From the NCBI GenBank assembly GCA_964270895.1, contig OZ185439.1: a stretch of DNA of 64,000 nt; one strand, 5' to 3'. Below are positions 62,009 through 64,000 of the stretch, piece after piece. Source of the DNA: Podarcis filfolensis. Lineage: Eukaryota. Each line of letters begins with the position of its first letter. Positions within the stretch are counted from its first letter, which is position 1. The notes under the pieces were generated by a model that was not told where the DNA came from, did not search any database, and saw nothing but the letters and a program-made list of their open reading frames with translations. A program made the translations under genes and the position numbers.

Positions 62009-64000
62009 CCTAGATATAGGATTGGCTACTAGCTGGAGGGGGCTTTTGAGCTCATGCCCTACTTTGGGGCTTCCTACAAACATCCGGTTGGCCACTGTGG
62101 GTAAGCAGATCCAGCAGGGCTCCACTTGTGATTTGTTTCCTGTGATTTGTTTACTGTTAGACATCCAGAAGTCTTCTAGATACATCATTTTAGCCCCTGT
62201 TGGAGAAGCCGACTTCAAATTTTGTGTCTGGCTGGTTGTCTTAAAGAGCAAGCACTGATTTCCATCTCATGGCGTATGTCCCACATAACAAGTTACATTC
62301 CCAGTCACTGGTCTGAGATATTTTCAAACCATAGTATAAGATTCTGGCTTCTTCTAATCAATTATCTGATTATCTAATGGGAAACCCTGGTTACCTATTT
62401 TACTATATTCATTCAATAATGGGTTAATGCAAGATTTCTTCAGTTGCCACACAACAAGGAGGGAGATATGAAGGGACAGTCCAAGGACACTGTGTGTGGG
62501 CACAAGGCTCATGCATATCTCAGCTTATGTTAAGCACGCTCAATAAAAATGGTTCAGAGCGCATGGGAAACTAGCCCAGTAAGCGTTAAATCACAACATG
62601 CCAAAAAGAGAGGAGGGAGGGACAGCACAAAGATAGAGCATGTGCCTCATACAAGGCCCATGTGCATATTGCCTTCAGAAGCTGAGATCTATACAGCCAA
62701 AGCAAATTAATGTGTAATTTGACCCTCAAATGAATATTTCTGAAACTGAAAGCAAACATGAAATCTGTTCAGGTGCACAATTCACAAAAATGTGGGACTT
62801 GCCATCCATAGCTAGTTGCCGCTATTTTTATGGACAGCTTTCTAAGTAGAATTGATTAATGAGTTTCCTACTTACTATGAGAGGCTTAAATGTGAAGAAG
62901 CCATAAAAATTAGGATGAGAGAGATGAGGAAACCCTGTGACTTCCTCTGAGCTTTTGGGATAGTGTGAAGAGCAAATATAAATCTAAATAAGTAGAGAGA
63001 GAACCAAGTAAAATGTGGGCTCCATCTCCTCAATAATACAGGAGTCTTCCTCTGCTGCTGTGGGAGAACAATTAGCCCTCCTCTTACCGCCAGTTGCATC
63101 TCTACCTTCCCTCTATGACTCAGAGTAATAAATATTTGATTCTGAAGCCGATTCTGGTTCAGTCCTTCCATCCTGAAAATGTTTTTGTGAGAAGTAATTA
63201 ACCTCAGCATGCCTCTATTCAACCTATGTGGCTAGCCTATCATAAATTCTCTTCTGACTCACAATCTGTGCCAAAGACACCTCCCTCGTCCACACTCCAC
63301 TGCACAGTCAAGGGGCTGCATTTGGAACAGAGATGGATTCTGAAGGGATTCAAAAGCGAGCTCTTAATTGAAGTTATCCACAGCTATGGAGCAAAGGAAG
63401 GGGTCACCTAAGTGATGACAGGCTTCCACTGAGCTCTGCTGACGCTGTTAGACTCTCCCCCCAGCAATAAAGAAAGCTTTGGTGCATCAGTGAAGAACTC
63501 TAACATATCCTTGAGCGAACTGTGGGGGACTTTGGGGCACTGTGCAATGAATGAATATGGGCCACAAAAGCCAACTTACAGAGTGATTTCTGAAGTCTCT
63601 GTTGATCATGTTACTTATTGCCATTAATCATGTCCAAGTCTGCTTCTGATTAACTTAACAGTAGCCATGGGAAGAGTAAAGGAGGAGATGAGATCTGCGG
63701 CTGATGAGTGACAATGTAAAAATACACCAAGGGTAGGTGCTCACCAGATTCAAATGCATGACTCATCCAGCTGACACTAATGGGATCTCAGGTGGCCAAG
63801 TCATTTCACAGCATTTGGGGAAAGCACATTTCACTTTAAAGGCATCAAGGGGAAATGGAAGGCCCTAAATATTCAGAAGTATATTCTTTGGCGATTTTTC
63901 AAATGTTCTTTATAGCCTGCCCTACCTCAAGGGCTTAAAGGGGGGGGGACTAGAGACTGGCACACATATTACTAACTTGAAAAAGGCCCTCAAAATTAAC

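Overview
Vertebrate genomic DNA, almost certainly from a lacertid lizard (Podarcis/Lacerta-like), judged by several Sauria-type SINEs, squamate Bov-B LINE 3' ends and lizard-type MITEs. I recognise no host protein-coding gene, intact RNA gene, CRISPR array or prokaryotic system. The window looks like a large intron or intergenic region. It is densely populated by transposable elements: six Sauria SINEs, other tRNA-derived SINEs, Bov-B, CR1, L2 and RTEX-like LINE fragments, three LTR-like segments, about ten hAT-type MITEs (many with readable 8-bp TSDs), nine Tigger/pogo-like MITEs sharing one TIR, a Tc2-like MITE and microsatellites. Almost all ORFs in the track are spurious; the only ones with recognisable protein similarity are reverse-transcriptase remnants. 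The most notable observations are: clean nested insertions (a solo LTR and a hAT MITE each inside a Sauria SINE), an internal RT-only LINE fragment flanked by a 13-bp direct repeat, a covariation-supported RNA structure in the SINE tail, and a few unique, possibly conserved non-coding or exon-like segments. I found no convincing evidence of a wholly new biological system. TE family names come from recalled terminal motifs and TSD rules, not from a database search.
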